64,000 nucleotides of DNA. Source: a virus. Lineage: Duplodnaviria; Heunggongvirae; Uroviricota; Caudoviricetes. Made by a program: the position numbers and the translations under genes. The stretch lies in the IMG/VR virus record IMGVR_UViG_3300031555_002005, one strand, 5' to 3'. Each line of letters starts with the position of its first letter. Positions within the stretch are counted from its first letter, which is position 1. This document shows positions 34,307 to 44,069 of this stretch, one piece after another. The notes below the pieces were generated by a model. The model saw nothing but the letters and a program-made list of their open reading frames with translations. It did no database searches and had not been told where the DNA came from.

Positions 34307-34429
34307 ATGTTTAACACTATTGATTCACTAAAGACTCGTATTCATAATCTGCAGCAGCGTGACCCTGTTGCTAATGCAAAGATTATTGCAAAGCTGAAGC
34401 GAAGAATCCGTGCACTAGAAAATAAGTAA
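34307..34429 (+). CDS. small basic helical protein (40 aa)
   Basis: AGGAGGAAAC RBS. Confidence 0.5.
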   Translation: MFNTIDSLKTRIHNLQQRDPVANAKIIAKLKRRIRALENK

Positions 34430-34439
34430 AAAATATAAA

Positions 34440-34470
34440 GCCAGGGGTCTTCCCTGGCTTATTTTTTTTG
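34440..34470 (+). terminator. rho-independent terminator
   Basis: GCCAGGGG-TCTT-CCCTGGC followed by a T8 run. Confidence 0.75.
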
Positions 34471-34476
34471 TTACTT

Positions 34477-34505
34477 GACAAAATGGTAAAATGTGTTATA
34501 ATAAC
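34477..34505 (+). promoter_or_regulatory. sigma-A-type promoter
   Basis: TTGACA-N16-TATAAT, then the conserved element. Confidence 0.55.
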
Positions 34506-34535
34506 AATACAAATTTAATGAAGGGAGTATACATA

Positions 34536-35630
34536 GTGACATATCTTGACTACGCTGCCACAACGCCAATATGTGATGCAGCACAGCAAACAATAATTAA
34601 GTATTTAAATTACTTTGGCAACCCATCAAGTTCTCATGAGTTTGGAAGACAATCCAGACTGTTAATCGAAGATGCACGTGAAAGAATTGCCCAATGTATC
34701 AACGCAGATCCTAGTGAAATTTACTTCACGTCTGGAGGTTCTGAAGCAAATACACTTGCGTTAAACAATAGGAGATATTCAGCGTCTTCAAAATTTGAGC
34801 ATCATTCTGTGGTGTCAAATTGGCCAAAAATTTCTATTACAAAAGATGGATTTATCAAGGTACATAAACTAAATAATATGATCTCAGAATGGTGGGAGGT
34901 TCCATTTGATGTTATGTCTTGCATGTATGTGAACAATGAAATTGGAACAATACAGCCAGTAAAAGAGCTATCTACTGTAGCGCATAGATATGGTATTTTA
35001 CTTCACACTGACGCAGTTCAGGCAATGCCTTATGTACACATAGACGTTAAAGATTTGGGTTGCGATATGTTATCTGCAAGTGGGCATAAGTTTGGTGCAC
35101 CAAAAGGCATAGGATTTTTATATGCAAATTCTCGTTCAAGAATCAAGCCGATCATTAATGGAGGCAAGCAAGAAAACTCTATGCGCCCAGGTACTGAAAA
35201 TATTTTAGGCATTCTGGCCATGGCTTCGGCGCTTGAAGACGCTGTGGAACATATGGATGAACGTAATGAGCGCATTAAATCTTTAAGAGACAGTCTGCTT
35301 GATAAGTTACTTAAAATTGATGGAGCGCATCTTAATGGCTCACTTGAAAATCGCATTCCAGGCAACATCAATATCAGATTTGATGGGGTTTACGGTTCAA
35401 GACTAGTTACATTGTGCAGTTTATATGGAGTTTATATTTCCGCAGGATCTGCATGCAACGAAGGCACCACTGAGCCAAGCCACGTGCTTAAAGCAATTAA
35501 TCTATCAGACGAAGAAGCATTAAGTAGCGTAAGAATTACTTTGGGGCATCAAACTACCGAAGAAGATGTTAACATAGCAGCAGATATTATTACAGCACTA
35601 GTTAAAAGGATTCGTTCAGATGAATCTTAA
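34536..35630 (+). CDS. cysteine desulfurase (NifS/IscS-like, class V aminotransferase)
   Basis: SGHKFGAPKG PLP-lysine motif; GAAGGGAG RBS with GTG start at 34536. The track start at 34491 overlaps the promoter. Confidence 0.75.
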   Translation: MTYLDYAATTPICDAAQQTIIKYLNYFGNPSSSHEFGRQSRLLIEDARERIAQCINADPSEIYFTSGGSEANTLALNNRRYSASSKFEHHSVVSNWPKISITKDGFIKVHKLNNMISEWWEVPFDVMSCMYVNNEIGTIQPVKELSTVAHRYGILLHTDAVQAMPYVHIDVKDLGCDMLSASGHKFGAPKGIGFLYANSRSRIKPIINGGKQENSMRPGTENILGILAMASALEDAVEHMDERNERIKSLRDSLLDKLLKIDGAHLNGSLENRIPGNINIRFDGVYGSRLVTLCSLYGVYISAGSACNEGTTEPSHVLKAINLSDEEALSSVRITLGHQTTEEDVNIAADIITALVKRIRSDES

Positions 35631-35694
35631 GACATTTGTTATAATGTGCGCTATTATGCTTTCAGCAATGTTTATTAGCTGGTGTATAATACTC

Positions 35695-35723
35695 TTGACA
35701 ATACAAAATTAATGTGTTATAAT
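35695..35723 (+). promoter_or_regulatory. sigma-A-type promoter with the conserved element as spacer
   Basis: TTGACA-atacaaaattaatgtgt-TATAAT. Confidence 0.6.
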
Positions 35724-35755
35724 GATGGCACATTAAGAACTAACAGGTGAGCAGA

Positions 35756-36790
35756 ATGGATATCAGAGATCTGAAAGAAGAAATTTTGAATAGAGAGCTC
35801 ATTTCTGATATCTTGACAGAGCTTGGATGTCATCATGTCAGAGATAAAGGCGATTATATCCAAGCAGGCAATCGTGATGGAGATAACCCAAGCAGTATTG
35901 TAGTTTATAAGAATGAATATATCAGCTGTATCAACTATACAAGACAGATAACTAAAAATGGTAGAACAGCTGATATTTTTGACTTGGTTGCTTATGTAGA
36001 GGATTGTTCCTTCGCTGAGGCAATGAAATTTGTATGCGGAGTTGCAGGAATTGATTATTACGGTGAAAGAGAAGATTTGCCTGAGTCATTGCAAATTCTT
36101 CGTATGCTAAAAGATATGAGCATCAATGATGATGATGAAGATAATAGCCAAGTGAAGCCAATATCTGAAAAAATATTGAGCTACTATCTTCATTGTGGCA
36201 ATAAGATGTTTGAAGATGACAATATCTCTCTTGAAACCCAAAAAGAATTTGAGATTGGGTATGATCCTCAAAGCAATTATATTACTATCCCTATTCGTGA
36301 CAGTCTAGGAACGCTTTGTGGTATCAAGGGGCGCTATTTTGGTGAGCCTGACGAGTCACACACCAAATATACGTATTTGGAAAAGTGCAATAAGTCTAAA
36401 ATTTTATACGGATATTGGCAAAATCGAGAGCATATCAAGCAAAATAAGTATATATATGTGTTAGAAAGCGAAAAGGCAGTTCAGCAATTAGCTACTATTG
36501 GAGTGCGTTCATGCGTATCGACTGGCGGCAAAACTATTTCTAAGTACCAAGTTGAAGAGATTATACGAACTGGATGCACTCCAATTCTTGCACTTGATAA
36601 GGATGTTGATGAAGAAGAGTTAAAAAAAATAGCATCAATGTTTATGGATGGCATCACCGTTTATGCTGTTATAGATAAAGAAAACATTCTTGATGAAAAA
36701 GAAAGCCCATCTGATTGCCCCGAGAAATGGGCAAAGCTTGTTAATAATCATATCTATGATATTAGCAAAGGGGGTGAGTCAGATGGTTAG
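35756..36790 (+). CDS. DNA primase (Toprim domain)
   Basis: N-terminal zinc-binding region; Toprim E...DxD (YVLESEKAV ... LDKDVDEEE). Confidence 0.55.
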   Translation: MDIRDLKEEILNRELISDILTELGCHHVRDKGDYIQAGNRDGDNPSSIVVYKNEYISCINYTRQITKNGRTADIFDLVAYVEDCSFAEAMKFVCGVAGIDYYGEREDLPESLQILRMLKDMSINDDDEDNSQVKPISEKILSYYLHCGNKMFEDDNISLETQKEFEIGYDPQSNYITIPIRDSLGTLCGIKGRYFGEPDESHTKYTYLEKCNKSKILYGYWQNREHIKQNKYIYVLESEKAVQQLATIGVRSCVSTGGKTISKYQVEEIIRTGCTPILALDKDVDEEELKKIASMFMDGITVYAVIDKENILDEKESPSDCPEKWAKLVNNHIYDISKGGESDG

Positions 36791-36983
36791 GTTTGAAGAT
36801 GAGTGTGTTGGATGCCCTCCAGAAATTGGATGTATGGGAGAATATTGCCCTTATAAAAACGTCCCTACATTATATTGCGATGAATGCGAGGAAGAGAATC
36901 AACTTTATTGGTTTGATGGCCAACAGCTTTGTCTTGGTTGTATAGAGGCACGATTGGAAAGGGTTGAATACGACGATGATTGA
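36783..36983 (+). CDS. zinc-ribbon small protein
   Basis: GGGGGTGAG RBS; CVGC...CDEC...CLGC. Confidence 0.45.
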   Translation: MVRFEDECVGCPPEIGCMGEYCPYKNVPTLYCDECEEENQLYWFDGQQLCLGCIEARLERVEYDDD

Positions 36984-37133
36984 TAAAAATAAGAAAAAAG
37001 AAGAGGCTAAACAGCAGCGCAATCTGTGGCCAATGAGTCCAGTAACAAGAATTGTTGAGAGCCGAAAAAAGTATAACAGGCAAAAAGATCGCAAGAATAA
37101 GAAATTGTATGATTAAAAAAGAGGTAGAGTGTT

Positions 37134-37550
37134 GTGGATTTGACAAAGAAAGACAGAGCATATTTTAATATTGCAAAAGAAGTATCTAAGCTGTCTGATT
37201 TTCCTAGAGTTCAAATTGGTGCGTGTGCAGTATACAAGCATAAAGTAATCAGCACAGGTTGTAACTCTATGCGCACAAGCCCTCTTCAGAAGAAATATAA
37301 TCAGTACAGATTTACGGTGGAAACTCCACACACTTGCCACGCCGAAACAAGTTGCCTTAAGCCGCTTATTGGGCGCAAGGATATCGATTTTAGAAATGTA
37401 GATATTTACATATTCAGGTCTTATAAAAACGGCGAACTGGGGCTTGCACGGCCTTGTGAGAGCTGTTTTAACTTGATAAAAGACCTTGGAATCAGAAATA
37501 TTTATTACTCTAATGAGGGCGGGTTCTCTCATGAAGAGATTATATATTAA
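37134..37550 (+). CDS. dCMP/cytidine deaminase
   Basis: HAE...PCESC zinc-binding motifs; GTG start with AGAGG RBS. Confidence 0.75.
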   Translation: MDLTKKDRAYFNIAKEVSKLSDFPRVQIGACAVYKHKVISTGCNSMRTSPLQKKYNQYRFTVETPHTCHAETSCLKPLIGRKDIDFRNVDIYIFRSYKNGELGLARPCESCFNLIKDLGIRNIYYSNEGGFSHEEIIY

Positions 37551-37579
37551 CAATACAAAATTAATAAGGAGAGTTATTA

Positions 37580-37741
37580 ATGAGTCAACAGGATATATAC
37601 GAATCTCTTTGTAAGAAGTGTTATATTCGTATTATGAAGCCGACCAAGAAGGAAATTAAGAAGATTGTTATGAGTGACGAAGAGTATCAGTGTGATTGTT
37701 GTAATAAGACTGATTACATTGTTGAGTATGTGGAGGATTAA
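37580..37741 (+). CDS. zinc-ribbon small protein (53 aa)
   Basis: AAGGAGAG RBS; CKKC...CDCC. Confidence 0.5.
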   Translation: MSQQDIYESLCKKCYIRIMKPTKKEIKKIVMSDEEYQCDCCNKTDYIVEYVED

Positions 37742-37743
37742 CA

Positions 37744-38520
37744 ATGACAGAAGAAAGACTGAAATTCATTCAGCCAATTTTAGACACATTTGAGAATGAA
37801 GATATTAAAGAATTTGCAGTTGTTTTGCTTGGCGATTTGCCTGATTATATTTGGCATGTAGGCGCAAGCTCCACTGGCAAATATCACCCAGCATATTCGC
37901 TTGGAGAAATGGGTTTGATGAGACATCAAGTTGCAGTAGTTAGATTTTTAAATTTCTTTTTGGAGTTAGAACAATATAATAGCAAGTTAACAAGCAGAGA
38001 AAGGGATCTTATTAGACTTTCTGGACTTGTGCACGATGGGCGCAAATCAGGATCTCAGGAAGATTATGAAAAGTCCAAGTACACCAGATTTAATCATCCT
38101 ATTCTGATGGCAGACGTAATTAGAAGTTTTGATGGAAAGTATTTAACTCATGAAGAAATTGAAATGGTAGCCGATACCATTAGCAAACATATGGGACAAT
38201 GGAACGAAGACAAAAAAACTGGTGTTGAGCTTCCTAAGCCTAATAATAAGTTTGCCAGAATGGTTCATGTTGCAGACTATCTTGCATCTAGAAAATGCTT
38301 GACTATGGACTTTGATGGATATTTCATGGTGCAAGAAAATGTTGAATTTGATGAGAATTATACACTACCATTCGGTAAGCATTCAGGTAAACGTCTAATT
38401 GATGTGTATAGATCTGCGCCTGACTATATTGCGTGGATGGAAGAAAACATTAAAAAGCCTGATATTTTGAATATGATTAAGGCAATGAAAGAACATTTGA
38501 ATAAGGAGAATAAAGAATGA
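37744..38520 (+). CDS. HD-domain phosphohydrolase-like protein
   Basis: H...HD (GLVHDGRK) pattern. Confidence 0.45.
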   Translation: MTEERLKFIQPILDTFENEDIKEFAVVLLGDLPDYIWHVGASSTGKYHPAYSLGEMGLMRHQVAVVRFLNFFLELEQYNSKLTSRERDLIRLSGLVHDGRKSGSQEDYEKSKYTRFNHPILMADVIRSFDGKYLTHEEIEMVADTISKHMGQWNEDKKTGVELPKPNNKFARMVHVADYLASRKCLTMDFDGYFMVQENVEFDENYTLPFGKHSGKRLIDVYRSAPDYIAWMEENIKKPDILNMIKAMKEHLNKENKE

Positions 38521-38939
38521 AGGTTGAAGTGCTAACTGGTGGAGAATTTCGTGATGTCGTAAGTCATCTACATATTGCAGCAAAGCGTACATATAGATGT
38601 CCGCATGATCCATACAATGACCATCCTTATTATGAAGTTTGGAAAGTAGAAAAGTGTGACCTAGGCAATATTGAATCATTCTGTATGAATGAAGAAATTT
38701 TCTGCTGCTTTTCAAATGGCGAGCACAGAGGAACCGCATATGATTTCCTAACCATTAATGGTGTTGGAGTAATTGCTTGGCAAGAGGGAAGCAAGAAAGA
38801 TACATTTAATTGTCTAAGTGATTACTTTAAGGATTGTATTGGTGTAACTGATAGCTATAAGATTGGCGCTTATTCTGTGTATCTGGCAAAGACTAACGGT
38901 TGGTCTTTGAGTGATATGTGGAAGAAATTGGAGGGCTAA
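38517..38939 (+). CDS. hypothetical protein
   Basis: ORF overlapping the upstream stop. Confidence 0.5.
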   Translation: MKVEVLTGGEFRDVVSHLHIAAKRTYRCPHDPYNDHPYYEVWKVEKCDLGNIESFCMNEEIFCCFSNGEHRGTAYDFLTINGVGVIAWQEGSKKDTFNCLSDYFKDCIGVTDSYKIGAYSVYLAKTNGWSLSDMWKKLEG

Positions 38940-38943
38940 GAGA

Positions 38944-39399
38944 ATGACTGTAACAGAGTGCAAGGTAGAAACGATTAAGCACATTGAAAATGTAAGAATG
39001 TATATTAGAATGTTTACAGATGCACTTACAACTCGTGGAGTTAAACATGATGCTTCTAAGCTAGAAAGTCCAGAAGTAGAAGCATTTACTAAATGCACTC
39101 CAAAGTTGGCAAAACTGACTTACGGAACACCAGAATATAACGAGTCACTAAAGGAACTTAATACAGCACTTCAACATCACTATGCGTGTAATCGTCATCA
39201 TCCTGAGCATTTTAGCAAAGGTATTAACGATATGACTCTTGTTGATGTTGTGGAAATGTTATGTGATTGGAAGGCTGCTAGTATGAGGCAACATGATGGC
39301 AATCTGCTCAAATCAATTGAAATTAACGCAACAAGATTTGGATATGATGACCAGCTAAAGCAGATCTTTATTAATACTGCAAAAATGCTTGATGAATAA
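38944..39399 (+). CDS. hypothetical protein (His-rich motif RHHPEH)
   Basis: GAGGGCTAAGAGA RBS. Confidence 0.45.
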   Translation: MTVTECKVETIKHIENVRMYIRMFTDALTTRGVKHDASKLESPEVEAFTKCTPKLAKLTYGTPEYNESLKELNTALQHHYACNRHHPEHFSKGINDMTLVDVVEMLCDWKAASMRQHDGNLLKSIEINATRFGYDDQLKQIFINTAKMLDE

Positions 39400-39426
39400 A
39401 TGTTGATTTTATTTGAGGTATGAAAA

Positions 39427-39834
39427 ATGAGTAATGAATGGAAAGATTATCAGCATGATATTCGGACAGATTTTGAATATAACTTTGAATCTTCAATTGA
39501 TGGTATTCCAGATGGCTGGATTAAGTCATTTTTCCCTCAATTAAAAGACGAATTGTTTAAAGCGTGCGGCGCATATGCGGACGAGATAATGTTTTATCAG
39601 ATTAAAGAAAAGTACGGGCAGTTAACTGTGTACTGGAATTTCCCCGATAAAGATTATTATACAGATATAGACAATAAAGATATTGAAGAGATCATTCCGA
39701 CTGTCCAAGATATTATTAAGAGGTATACTGAAATTAGCAGACATACCTGTATAATCTGTGGCAAAGAAACAGCACATATGACGTATGGACATATCATTGT
39801 GCCGCTTTGTGGTAGTTGCGAAGATAAACTTTAA
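39427..39834 (+). CDS. hypothetical protein
   Basis: GAGGTA RBS. Confidence 0.5.
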   Translation: MSNEWKDYQHDIRTDFEYNFESSIDGIPDGWIKSFFPQLKDELFKACGAYADEIMFYQIKEKYGQLTVYWNFPDKDYYTDIDNKDIEEIIPTVQDIIKRYTEISRHTCIICGKETAHMTYGHIIVPLCGSCEDKL

Positions 39835-39848
39835 CTAAAATAAACAAA

Positions 39849-39880
39849 TGGCCGAAGTGATCTTTGGCCATTTTGCCATA
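39849..39880 (+). terminator. rho-independent terminator
   Basis: GGCCGAAGTGATCTTTGGCC followed by ATTTTG. Confidence 0.65.
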
Positions 39881-39939
39881 TTGATTTCTGGAAAATATAT
39901 GATATACTAACAGTACAAAATGAATGGAGGTACAAAACA

Positions 39940-40104
39940 ATGCTTGATCTAAAATATGAACTGAAGAAATGTAAGGAATGTAGCTGCTCTAGATGCAGTC
40001 TAAATGGAACAAATGGATGCTTTATTGAAGTTGCTATTAAAGAGCTTGATAGATATGAGCAGGCTTTTGATTCCATGGAAAAACATAAGAATGATGAAGA
40101 TTAA
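39940..40104 (+). CDS. Cys-rich small protein (54 aa)
   Basis: AATGGAGGTA RBS. Confidence 0.5.
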   Translation: MLDLKYELKKCKECSCSRCSLNGTNGCFIEVAIKELDRYEQAFDSMEKHKNDED

Positions 40105-40123
40105 TTAGAAAGGACAATAAGAA

Positions 40124-41509
40124 ATGGCTTATACAGCATTTATTACAAGAATTAAGAATCTGCGTACACACCCTAAGGCGGATCGACTGCAGATGGGTGA
40201 GTGCTTTGGTAACACTGTAATTGTCTCTCTGGAATACGAGGACAACCAGCTTGGCATTTACTTCCCTTCTGATGGACAGATTAGCACTGCATTTGCAGAA
40301 GCAAATAACCTGCTTCGCAAGAAGGATGAAAACGGCAATAACATTGGCGGTTACATGGATCCCGACAAGCGCAACGTCACTGCTATTAAGCTTCGTGGAG
40401 AAAAGTCTGATGGCCTGTTCCTGCCTCTGAAGTCTCTTGAGCCTTTTGGTGACATTACCACTCTGCGTGAGGGTGACCGAATTGATAACTTTAATGGACA
40501 TGAGATTTGCTGCAAGTATGTACCTTTTAAGCGTGAACGTACTGCCGCAGGTGGAGCAGGAAAGCGCATTAAGCGTAGAGCTAAGAGAAGCATTGCACCT
40601 CTGTTTTATGAGCATATGGACACTGAGCAGCTCGCCTACAATCTGGCAGCTTTTAAGCCCGGTGACGAGATTGAAATCACTCTAAAGATGCATGGCACTT
40701 CTCAGCGAACTGCACACCTACCTGTGTTTAAGGACTACAAGCGCACAATCTGGGACAAACTATTCCGTCGTGAAGGTACTCCTGTTTATGATTGGGGTTA
40801 CGTCTCTGGCACTCGTCGTACTGTTCTAGAGAATTTTGAAGGTGGATATTATGGATCTAACGAGTTCCGTGAAGCACATTCTAAGTTCTTTGAGGGCAAG
40901 CTGTGGAAGGGCGAAGAGGTCTACTACGAGGTGGTTGGTTTCACTCATACTGGCGCACCTATTATGTCTACGGCAGACAATAAGAAGCTGAACGACAAGG
41001 AGTTTGTTAAGCAGTATGGAAAGACTACTACTTTCTCTTATGGTTGTGCCCCTGATGGTGTAAATTCCGCAGATGGAGTTATTCCTCAGTCTGATATCTA
41101 CGTTTACCGTATGACAATGACCAATGAAGATGGTGATGTTGTCGAGTACACTCCTGATTTCATGCGCTATCGTTGTGAGCAGATGGGTGTTAAGACTGTC
41201 CCTGTGATGTGGAAGGGCACTATTCCTTACGCAGATTGGCTTGAAGCTAACACGTGGGAAAGCGCAGGGCATTATGCAATTACTCGTGCAGAAAAGTACT
41301 ATGATGGTCCCGACCCTATTGGCAAGACTCATGTCCGTGAAGGCGTTGTAGTTCGTATTCTGAACCGTCCTAAATTCTGTGCATACAAGCATAAGAACTG
41401 GTCTTTCAAGGCTCTTGAAGGAATTGTTAAGGTTGAAGCTGAGGCTCCTGATATGGAAGAAGCCGATGGCATTAATGAGGAAGTGATGACTGATGAATTT
41501 TCACAGTGA
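40124..41509 (+). CDS. RNA ligase (Rnl2/Rnl5-type nucleotidyltransferase) fused to an N-terminal EMAP/Trbp111-type tRNA-binding OB domain
   Basis: N-terminus HPKADRL...SDGLF resembles a tRNA-binding OB fold. Ligase motif I LKMHGTS (KxHG), motif IV EGVVVR, motif V KHKNWSFK. Confidence 0.7.
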   Translation: MAYTAFITRIKNLRTHPKADRLQMGECFGNTVIVSLEYEDNQLGIYFPSDGQISTAFAEANNLLRKKDENGNNIGGYMDPDKRNVTAIKLRGEKSDGLFLPLKSLEPFGDITTLREGDRIDNFNGHEICCKYVPFKRERTAAGGAGKRIKRRAKRSIAPLFYEHMDTEQLAYNLAAFKPGDEIEITLKMHGTSQRTAHLPVFKDYKRTIWDKLFRREGTPVYDWGYVSGTRRTVLENFEGGYYGSNEFREAHSKFFEGKLWKGEEVYYEVVGFTHTGAPIMSTADNKKLNDKEFVKQYGKTTTFSYGCAPDGVNSADGVIPQSDIYVYRMTMTNEDGDVVEYTPDFMRYRCEQMGVKTVPVMWKGTIPYADWLEANTWESAGHYAITRAEKYYDGPDPIGKTHVREGVVVRILNRPKFCAYKHKNWSFKALEGIVKVEAEAPDMEEADGINEEVMTDEFSQ

Positions 41510-42302
41510 TGAATGGATCATGCGGAATGTTCGAGAGCACTACAACGAGGCTCTCGAACACTTCCCCGAAGATAGAATTGTAGGTATCTTTTATCAGGGC
41601 AGCGGTAACTACGGCCTTGACTATGAAGGTTCTGATGTAGACACCAAGCTGATTGTCACGCCAACCTTTGAAGATATTGCAATGAATAAAAAGGCAGTAA
41701 GTACAACTCATATCAGAGAGAATGAAGAGCACATCGATTTTAAGGATATTAGACTCTATATCCAGACTTTCAGAAAGCAAAACTTGAACTTCCTAGAAAT
41801 CCTGTTTACTAAATATGCAATTATCAATCCTATGTATAAAGATGAATGGGATAGACTTGTAAAGGCTCGTGAGAAAATTGCACGCTATGCACCTGTACAG
41901 GCTATTAAGTCTATGAAGGGCATTGCAAAAGAAAAGTATCATGCAATGGAACATCACTATCCTGCACGAATGGCATGGATTGAGAAGTTTTCTTACGATC
42001 CGAAACAACTGCATCATCTACTGAGAGTTAATGAATATATCAGCAGATACATTGACGGCGAATCATATGAAGATTGCTTGATTTCAAAAATGCCAGACTA
42101 TTTACAGTCAGTAAAACTTGGTTTTCACAACCTGGATGATGCTCGCATGATTGCTAATTGGGCTATTGGCTGTATTGATAAAATGTGCGATAAGTATCTA
42201 GAGACTTGTTCAACTGAAGTTGATAAAGATGTTGATGTTCTACTTGATGATGTGCAGTACAACATTATGAAGATTGCTATTAAGAAAGAAATTGGTGATT
42301 AA
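41493..42302 (+). CDS. Pol-beta-superfamily nucleotidyltransferase
   Basis: GSGNYGLDYEGSDVDTKL NTase signature. Confidence 0.6.
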   Translation: MNFHSDEWIMRNVREHYNEALEHFPEDRIVGIFYQGSGNYGLDYEGSDVDTKLIVTPTFEDIAMNKKAVSTTHIRENEEHIDFKDIRLYIQTFRKQNLNFLEILFTKYAIINPMYKDEWDRLVKAREKIARYAPVQAIKSMKGIAKEKYHAMEHHYPARMAWIEKFSYDPKQLHHLLRVNEYISRYIDGESYEDCLISKMPDYLQSVKLGFHNLDDARMIANWAIGCIDKMCDKYLETCSTEVDKDVDVLLDDVQYNIMKIAIKKEIGD

Positions 42303-42303
42303 A

Positions 42304-43200
42304 ATGAACAGACCTAGTTTAATTTTACTTGTCGGAATTCCCGGCTCAGGCAAAACTACATACGCAGAAAAATATATTAAAGAGAATCCCAATACAGTAC
42401 ATCTTTCCTCCGACAAGATTCGTGAAGAACTTTGGGGTAATGAAGCTACTCAGGGCGACAACAACAAAGTGTTTTCTCTGATGCAGTCTAGAGCAATTGA
42501 AGCACTGAATAACGGACAGTCTGTGGTATATGACGCTACGAACATTACAAGAAAAGACAGATCTTACATTATCACTCTTTGCCCTAAGTTTGCTAAGATT
42601 GAGTGCCATATTATTTGGGCACCTATTGAGACTTGCATCGAGAGAGACGCTGCCAGAGAACGCACTGTTGGCAAGGAAGTCATTGATAGAATGCTTAAGC
42701 GATTCCAGGCACCTTATTATGATGAAGGGTTTGATGGTATCTATATTCGTTATTCTGATGACAATTTTAATGCAAAAGAATACAGTAAAAAGATAGTTAT
42801 GAACATGGATATCCCTCATGATAACCCTCATCACACTTTGAATATTTTAGATCATTGTGCTGAAGCAGGATCATATTTTTATGAAAGAGGTCAGTATGAC
42901 GAAGTGTGGGTGGCAGCTATGTATCATGACATAGGAAAACCATACGTAAAAGCATTTGTTGATAGCAAAGGTAATCCTTGTGAGAATGCTCATTACTACC
43001 AGCATCAATGTTTGGGTTCATATATGTATTATGGAATGACTAGTGAAATTGGTGGTACTAGTGACACATGGGTAAAAATTGCTTGGCTGATTTCCACACA
43101 TATGGATCCTTATCTAAATACGAAATATTACAATAGACTTCCTGCTTATCTAAAGAAACAGGTAGATTTGCTTCACGAGGCGGACAGGAATGCACATTAA
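42304..43200 (+). CDS. pnk: polynucleotide 5'-kinase fused to a C-terminal HD-domain phosphoesterase (RNA end-healing enzyme)
   Basis: Walker A LLVGIPGSGKTTYA as in T4 Pnk; C-terminal H...HD motifs (HHTLNILDH, MYHDIGK). Confidence 0.7.
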   Translation: MNRPSLILLVGIPGSGKTTYAEKYIKENPNTVHLSSDKIREELWGNEATQGDNNKVFSLMQSRAIEALNNGQSVVYDATNITRKDRSYIITLCPKFAKIECHIIWAPIETCIERDAARERTVGKEVIDRMLKRFQAPYYDEGFDGIYIRYSDDNFNAKEYSKKIVMNMDIPHDNPHHTLNILDHCAEAGSYFYERGQYDEVWVAAMYHDIGKPYVKAFVDSKGNPCENAHYYQHQCLGSYMYYGMTSEIGGTSDTWVKIAWLISTHMDPYLNTKYYNRLPAYLKKQVDLLHEADRNAH

Positions 43201-43260
43201 GTAATTAAAAATAAAAGATGCATAGACGATACAAAATTAATGTAAAATTGGAGTGGTTCT

Positions 43261-44049
43261 ATGCCAAATAAAATTGATAAAAAAACAGAAAAAGATATAA
43301 TTGATTTATATAATAATGGATACGGGACTATGGAAATATCACAAAAATGTGAAATTCATAGAGCAACTGTTCAAAGAATTTTAAAAAGAAATAATATAGA
43401 TTTACGTAAACGTACACCTGTACATTATGACATTCATTTCTTTGACGAATACAATGAAAATAGTTGTTATTGGGCAGGGTTTATTGCAGCAGATGGATAT
43501 GTGAGATCCGACAGAGCAGCTGTAACAATACATTTAGCAAGTGTAGATTATGAGCATTTGTTAAAACTTGCCAAATTAACCAATTATGAAGGGAACGTCA
43601 AACTCAATAAGAATGATTGTTATATTACATTTGCTGGCAAATGGTTTCAAGATGCTCTAGATAAAAATTTTAATATACGTCCAAATAAAACATTTGATAT
43701 TACAATTCCAGACAAAATTCCAGAAGATATGGTTAAACATTTTATTCGTGGTTACTTTGATGGCGATGGTAGTGTAACTCATACAAACAATTATTTACGC
43801 ATTAATTTCACTTCTGGATCTGAAACTATGCTTCAACAGATTATGAATTTTGTATATAACAATAATATATTAGTTCGAAATAATACTGGAATGCCACCAA
43901 TCCATCAATATGTAATTAACTATTCTTGTAGTGTTGCATATAAAATTCTAGACATATTATATGGATGTTCATCAGACTTAACAAGACTGGATAGAAAATA
44001 TCAATTATATTTAAGTTATAAAAAATCTAAAAGTCCATTGGCAAATTAA
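43261..44049 (+). CDS. LAGLIDADG homing endonuclease with N-terminal HTH
   Basis: GFIAADGYV and GYFDGDGSV motifs. Confidence 0.75.
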   Translation: MPNKIDKKTEKDIIDLYNNGYGTMEISQKCEIHRATVQRILKRNNIDLRKRTPVHYDIHFFDEYNENSCYWAGFIAADGYVRSDRAAVTIHLASVDYEHLLKLAKLTNYEGNVKLNKNDCYITFAGKWFQDALDKNFNIRPNKTFDITIPDKIPEDMVKHFIRGYFDGDGSVTHTNNYLRINFTSGSETMLQQIMNFVYNNNILVRNNTGMPPIHQYVINYSCSVAYKILDILYGCSSDLTRLDRKYQLYLSYKKSKSPLAN

Positions 44050-44069
44050 TTTGATTGGAGAATAATATT

